Shown here: positions 35,139 to 41,819 of the stretch, piece after piece | How the letters are laid out: every line of letters begins with the position of its first letter | Position numbering within the stretch: position 1 is the first letter of the stretch | NCBI RefSeq assembly: GCF_000143415.4 | Contig: NW_003314396.1 | Location: 317,069 to 358,887, forward strand | Direction: 5' to 3' | Source of the DNA: Selaginella moellendorffii | Taxonomy: Eukaryota > Plantae > Lycopodiophyta | DNA length: 41,819 bases | Notes under the pieces: generated by a model | Database searches by the model: none | What the model saw: the letters and a program-made list of their open reading frames with translations, nothing else | Told to the model about the DNA's origin: nothing | Position numbers and translations under genes: made by a program

Positions 35139-36160
35139 GTGGTTATGGAGCTGGGAGGCAATGCTCCATGCATAGTGGAAGATCTCGTTCCAGACTTGGA
35201 AGGTACAATCGCTAAGTTGGTCCACAAGGGATTCTATCAAAGCGGCTAGTCGTGCATTCACATGCAGCATCTTTACATGAAAGGTGAGGTATCCGACATG
35301 ACTCAGATATCATGGGCCCGATTGATGTGTCATCTTGGCGAAGATCTCCACCTTTGAGTTTCTTAACAGCAGCTATCAATGCATCCTTCACTTACACAAC
35401 CAGCACCAAATACGTTAGATCAAAGCTCCATTTGAAAACAAACAATACAATAGAATTTAAAGACGAGTATGCAAAGTTCAATTAAAGTATCAATTTGTGA
35501 AGTTGAGCAATGGTATATGTTAGGACCCGAAGGCACACCAAAGGTAAGCTAATTAGCATCAACAGCTACAGTGGAGAAGAGCATGAACAAGGCAGTGAAG
35601 GCAGGCACCAAACTTTTAGTTGGTGGTAAGTGAAGGGGAGCTTGCATGAAGCCAACAATCCTGGAAGACACTCCCTTTGACACAGACACAAGGAAGGAAG
35701 AGATTTTTGGTCCTGTGATTCTTCTCTACTCATACAAGTAAGCTCTCAAAGTTTCTTAGCTACCGAAGTTTTTATTTACTCTCTTTTTTTTTCTCTCTAA
35801 ACGAAAGCGGTGGTGACGCAGTGATTTCAAGGAAGCCGTGAAGGAAGCTAACAACACGCATTATGGTCTCCAAGCCGGCGTCTTTACACATGATCTAAAC
35901 AAGGCCTTCTATGCGTTTGAGCACATAGAGGTAGCTTTGCGTTTAGATATAGTTGATCGTTTGTTTGATGATTATTTGATCTTCACAGGCTGGAGGAGTT
36001 TGCCTCAACGATTCGCCAAGCATGCGCGTTGATAGCCAGCCATACGGTGGGATCAAAGACTCTGGAATCCAACGAGAGGGTATCAAGTACGCGAATGGAC
36101 GACATGCTTGAAACCAAAGTTTTAGTCATGTGCAATGTAGGCAACACGTCTTACTTTTGA
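35139..36160 (+). pseudogene. ALDH21: Aldehyde dehydrogenase family 21-like pseudogene (3' half)
   Basis: VVMELGGNAPCIVED..GFYQSG*SCIHMQ, KEEIFGPV, EANNTHYGLQAGVFTHDLNKAFYAFEH and [26 protein letters not shown]. Two stops, a frameshift and an internal inversion. Confidence 0.88.
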
Positions 36161-36270
36161 TCAAGCTCGAGCTCGAGCTTTCGAGAAGAGTAAATACAGT
36201 CTATCCACAAACCATTGCCGAGTTGTCCTCGTTTGCTCGCTCGCTCTCTAGCACTATCAACCTTTTACCT

Positions 36271-37047
36271 TTAGGACGGAGAATGCTTGTCTATAAGCTC
36301 CTGGGAGAGGGTATATAGCTTGTGAGCGAGCTCGGGATCTCTGCCATAAGCGCTACAGTTGGATTTGTTGGAATCCACGAAGTATTGCCTGGTGACGTCC
36401 TTGTGGCTTGGATGTAAAGCCGTAGCACGTCGTAGCAGCGCCCTGAGAGATCAATCACGTATTAGTCACGAAAAACTTCCAGATAATTGGGAGAATTCTT
36501 CTTACCTGTGGCACATTTTTCCAAAGGAAGCTGGAGAAGAACTTGAGAACCCCTGCATGAAGATCAAAGTTCCATAAGTAACCGAAAACAATGACGAGGC
36601 AAAGAGACAAACTCATTATGTAGAATGTGTACCACATCAAAGGTGTCATTATAAACCCTGGATGAACAGCGTTGGCTGTGATGTCAACTCCTTCGGCCTA
36701 ATCAGCGAAAGAGAAAGCATTGACGAAAGAGAAAGGTGGGAGAGATTTCAAAGCATTAGACGAATACCTTGAATCTCATTACCAGTTCTTTGGCGTGGAA
36801 GATGATCGCGAGGTTGGATTGACTGTATCCTCTACTGTCGGAGTACCTTTTGGAAGAAAAAAGGAAGAATGTAAGCTCACGAGAAAAGAGAGTTGTTTGG
36901 TGTACCAGGCTTTGTCATTAAGGTGTGAGAACTGGATTCCACCACTGTAAGAGGCGTTATGCGCGATGGAGGAGAGATTGACAAACACTTTCCTTGGCAG
37001 TCTCCCTCATTTTGTCCAGGAGCAAGTTTGTGAGAAGAAAATGGTCT
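36271..37047 (-). pseudogene. Short-chain dehydrogenase/reductase (Tic32/retinol-DH-like) 3' fragment
   Basis: HFLLTNLLLDKM, VNLSSIAH, ITANAVHPGFIMTPL, WKNVPQ/GAATTCY and QYFVDSN. The catalytic YxxSK region is damaged. Confidence 0.85.
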
Positions 37048-37139
37048 AAACATCACAACAAGATAGAAAAGATACCTGGATCAATGTATACACGGAAAAT
37101 CATGGAATTCTTTTGATCAAGTTCGAATTTTTCCTCATA

Positions 37140-38100
37140 CCTTGTAAAGTTCCATCACTTTGGAGGTGAGCTTGGAAGCATCGTGCCAGGCATGGCTCTC
37201 TGGGCACAGCAATGGCCGGAGTATGTGCCGTCCCAAAGCAGTGTGGAGCAAAACTCGAGCAAATGGCGATATCACCTCTCTGGAGGAGCTCACCGCGATC
37301 AAAACCACACCTTTGATCACCACCTTCATCACAGAAATGAAAATCCATGAGATGATCCAACTATAGTGGCTTGGAGCTTACCTGCGTTGAGCTTAGATCT
37401 TGGCAGCTGCCATAAGAGCGAGCAATCCACCATCGTCGTGACCAACGAGTACGACTGATGAGAATTCTAGTTGCTGGCAAAAGCTCAGCAACAAATCCAC
37501 CTGCGAGCTCTAATCAGAGAAATCAAACAAGCAAGAACGACAGAAAAAACTCTTTTTTTTTTCTAGACGGCGATGAATAGAACATTCACTTGTGACTGGA
37601 GCTCGTAAGGATTGGGAAGACCATCTTTGTCACGGCCACCATTTTTGCCTGGCCGGTTCGTCAGTCCCCAGCCAGGCCGATCAAACGCAGCAACACTGTG
37701 GCCGGTTTGTCGAGCTAGCGGAGCCATTACATGCCTCCAAGAGAAGACATCACCTCCAAAACCATGCACCAAAACTATTCCTTTGGAGCTCGAATATCCC
37801 GGATCAATGTCCACAATATGTTCTTCTCCTCCTCGATCACACCATCCAGAAACTTTGGACGGCAGACTCAACGAAGAGCTTAGAAACAGTGGCTTTGATC
37901 CTGGAAATGGTAAGCTTACACTCCTCGACAGTGAGTTTGATCCAAAACTTCTCTGGTCTCTCGGCCATCCCTCGCAATCTTGGATGTGCAAGTGCAAGCC
38001 TTTGCAGAGCATGAACTTGCTGTTAACGAGCAGTGGCAACTGCTTATCATCCTTGTCGCTCTTCCAGAGCTTTTGGAAGATCGCTGTGGATTGAAAGCGC
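37140..38100 (-). pseudogene. Plant alpha/beta-hydrolase (GHDDGG type) fragment
   Basis: IVLVHGFGGDVFSWRHVM..AFDRPGWGLT..PNPY / VVLVGHDDGGLLAL..KI* / FARVLLHTALGRHILRPLL..HAWHDASKLT..LYK. It carries a stop and is truncated. Confidence 0.85.
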
Positions 38101-38496
38101 TTGCCGCACCTGAGCTTGACTATATATTTATAAAAGAAATTCTGCCAGGATTAAGAAAAGAACTTTAGATTATGGAGAAAGAGAACTTAGAGAAAAGATG
38201 GAAAAAGAGGAAGATGTGATCAACAGAAAACTTACAGATTCTTCATCTCCCTGGGGAAATGATTTTTCCTTTGCCTGGCAGCTTGTCCTATATAAATTTG
38301 CCCAATCATCCTAAAACATTTCACTTGATTTGGAGCGTCATTAATTGAAGTGTTGCCACCCTTTTAGCACTGGATCTATGCCATCTATGTGAAGTTTTTG
38401 AATTTAAACTGTTAGATTATAAGCATATTAATAAAAAATATTCTAAAAATGGAATAAAAGACGCATATGCCAATAACACTTTTAAATAAGGGAGTA

Positions 38497-40400
38497 CTAG
38501 CAAAAGTCCCAGCTACACTGGGACTTGTGTTTATTGTGTTTATTTCTAAGTTTCAAAGAGTTGTAAACGTAAGTGTAATTTTTAACATAATCATAATTAT
38601 AAGATATATAGTTAAACATAACATAATTTTTATGTTAAAAATCTCTTCTATAATTGATTCTATCACCAACACACATCATAACATAATAAATATATCTCAG
38701 TATATTATATCATATTTACAATTCTGAATGTTGAGTGAAGTCTTAAATATTCTATAATGGAATTTGATCCCATGGCCAGATGAGTCATTTTTTTAATAAA
38801 TAATTTTATCTTTTATTTGAAATCTATATATAAATGATAAAAATATTATTATTTGATGAATTAAAATCGATAATTTTTCCTCTTAATAAATTATGTGTTA
38901 CTACAGAACACTCAAAAATAACGATGTTAAAAATATATTTTAAAACTCACCAAAGTGCATGCATCTATTAAATTTAAAAAATATAAACATTGTTACGGAG
39001 TTTCTCTTTCCATGATTTCAGACTGGAAGTTTTGGAATTGCATAATAATAAGTTACAGATGTTAGCTTTATGTGTTATATTATAATTTAAAAACTTTAAG
39101 TATTGTACATGTTTATCATTGATATTCCCTTTTTACCTAATATTTCTATTCATGTATTTTGGGACTAATATTTAAAATAGAAAGTATTCTTTAATATAAT
39201 ATAATTATCTTTCTTTATATGGTCCATTATTAATGTAATATATTTCTATATAATTAGTATTTATATTTATATAATAATTCTAAAATTTTAATATAATATA
39301 TTTAAATTTATTTATATGGCAAAAATGTAATAATGTTGTCTCAATCATATTTATACCTTATTATGTTTTTCATGTATAAATGCAATGCAGCATAAGTAGT
39401 AGAAGATTTCTGATATTATATAAATCTTAGACTACATCTTGGCCAATTGACATCTCAATATGTTTCATTTTATTTATATTTTATATTATTAAGAATCTTT
39501 ATGTATATATTTTTATATAGAGAAAATGCTAAAATGAATTAGGATTATTACCTTAGAATTTTATATTGAGGCCGAAAGCTTTCAATGAAAGGTAAGTTTT
39601 TATCCTGATATTATGGTATTGATGATTCATAATATTGTTTTTTCCTAGAACCATGACATATTAGAAAATTAAAAAATGGTCCATAGATTGCTTTATTAAT
39701 AATAAAATTTTAAGTGACGATGAATCACATTTTTTAAGATGGTAGCCTTTTTTATTGTCTAATGTTGCCTCAATGATGTTTTATTTATCTATTTTCCATG
39801 TATCGATGCACAAATTATTAATGTAAATAACTGACTTATTACAAATTCATCAATGAATATACTCAGTGTATTATATCATCTTGGATCAGTTGTCTAATTT
39901 CCTTTTATATTTATTACTATATCAATTACGCCTCCTTGAATATTACATGAATTTAACACTTCATTCTCTATTTCTTACAATATTGTGAATGCTTTAGCAT
40001 AGGGATTTATCTCTTTTAATAATTTATCACGACCACCCATTAGTTGCTCATTCCATTTAGAATTGTGTTTGTTTTTTTATTTTTATTTCCAGTGCTTGAG
40101 CAGTATCTAAAATATTTCATTATGAATAAGCTGCATATTTTTCATTATTTTGTTTGAAACTTCCAATATTATATTAAATTTAACTATATATATTAAAATA
40201 ATTAGGGCCACCTACTGCAATCTCTTTGATATTTGCACTCATTGATGCTGCACTAATATCATTTTGTATTAAATCTTTAAAATTAATAGGCCTTGGATAA
40301 AGCATGGAAAAGGATGTGATTTTTCAGTTGCTATTCTCTAGTCACAACAAGAATTGAAAACACTTTTGATCATTAAAAAAAAGAAATCCCCTCATTAAAA
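38497..40400 (-). mobile_element. Helitron copy 3: Rep remnant (39870-40400) through an intact 3' terminus
   Basis: Minus strand reads GTCCCAG..CTGGGAC hairpin, TTTTG, CTAG|T at 38497-38524. 39870-40400 is the reverse complement of 21570-22090. Confidence 0.8.
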
Positions 40401-40484
40401 TCTCAATATCCTATCCTGCATTGTGCTCACATTCAGAAGTTAATTCACATTCAGTATCCTTCAGGTTGTGAAGATCAGCTACTA

Positions 40485-41560
40485 TGTATTAATTTACCTA
40501 TAGATTTCTTCTCCCCTTTATAACCATGTTATAAATAACAGTATAAATAATATGGTCTTTAATTTTTAATTTAATAAATTTCTCATGTTTTTATTTGAAT
40601 TAATATATTTTAAATCATTATTAAAAATAATCTATATCATTTACAAAACGGTTAAAATGCAAAATTCAAATGCTAAGGTGATGTGGAAGATATATATAGC
40701 ATACCCAAGATAAATAGATCTTCTTTTCTATTTTTACAATCTTAAATTTTTTAATAAATTTCCTTTAATTGAATTTATAAAAAGCTACACAATGCTAAAA
40801 ACATCCACAAGATTGCTGCCAATGGACTTTTCATAAAATCAAAGAATTATAATTTTTTATGTAATTAGTTTTTTGAAGATACAAATTTAATTATTTATTG
40901 AGTTAACTTATTTATTATCTGAACTGTATCAGTATTGTATTTTTAATTGATCTTTTTTAGATTTTTAGCAATAAATTCCAACTCAAGAGATACTAAAATA
41001 ATGTAATTTTTCTAAAAACTTTTTAATTATGAAAAAATTTAAAAGCTGTATTTAAAGTTATATAGTGAGAAAGAACCACTAAATTTTTCATACATTTTAT
41101 ATAAATGAAGAAAAACTATCCCATATTGGTTATTAATTCTGCCAAAAGTTTTGTTTTACTTGTGTATGAATAAAGGATCTAAAGTAAGCTGCTAATGCTT
41201 CTTTTTTCCATTTTTACTAGTGTGTTGAGTCGTTTGTTCTTATATAATAGATAAACAATCTTCATGGCTAGTGTAGAAATAATACTATGGAATGACAAAT
41301 CATGGAAGATGAGGAAAGATAAAGTAGAATATCAATGGTCAAGTTTTAACATCCAGTTGGAGATATTAAAAATATTTCAAGAAAATCCCACATAATACCA
41401 ACTTTATAGATCTTCTTACACTCTTCCAAATTTTAATTTACATCATGAAATACCTAACGAAATAATAAGATATTAGATAAAATAAAATAAAATTTATAAA
41501 TTAAATGGAACATAATACAATGTAAATATATAATATAATCATATTAAGATATTTTTAAAA
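40485..41560 (+). repeat. AT-rich repeat, direct copy of 30968-32360
   Basis: Long shared blocks visible. Confidence 0.85.
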
Positions 41561-41819
41561 TAAAAACAAAATAACACACATATACTAAAACTACAATATT
41601 TATTTCAGAAGAGAAATTAAAAAAATTTAAATTCACATATTTACAGCTGGTAGTTATACTAATTTGACATGTTGTAGAAAAAAACTAATTGCGAAGACTA
41701 AAAATGGCCTCAAAAATTATTCTTATTAACAAAAATACTAATATTTCGAGATATCCTAGATACTTTCTTGGTTCAGATGTATATAACACCAAATATTTAT
41801 CTAATACTAAAACTTAAAT

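Noticed and set aside
35139-38100. Functional metabolic gene cluster (ALDH, SDR, hydrolase)
   Set aside because: All three genes are truncated and carry stops or frameshifts.

Overview
Eukaryotic plant genomic DNA, most likely a lycophyte such as Selaginella. This is inferred from the 45-60 bp introns, the flagellar genes KIF6 and CFAP44, PLS-class PPR remnants and ALDH21. The only apparently intact host gene is an intron-rich kinesin-9/KIF6 (2265-5500), which lies between two inverted CFIm25 (NUDT21) pseudogene copies. The rest is an AT-rich mosaic of one degenerate Helitron family. It has three hairpin+CTAG 3' ends, Rep remnants and a frameshifted RPA70-like gene, and sits among decayed host-gene fragments (CFAP44, laccase, PgiC, ArfGAP-C2/ZAC, ALDH21, SDR, alpha/beta-hydrolase). 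A full-length Ty3/gypsy chromovirus (22512-28119, minus strand, TATAT target-site duplication) is nested in one Helitron copy. It shows a tRNA-independent self-priming signature and a GGGAAAC -1 frameshift with a downstream stem. Other oddities are a histone-H3-tail-like micro-ORF (MARTKQT...) and a 93-bp inversion inside an ALDH21 exon. There is an assembly gap at 20370-21042. All identifications come from manual translation and recalled motifs, not database searches.
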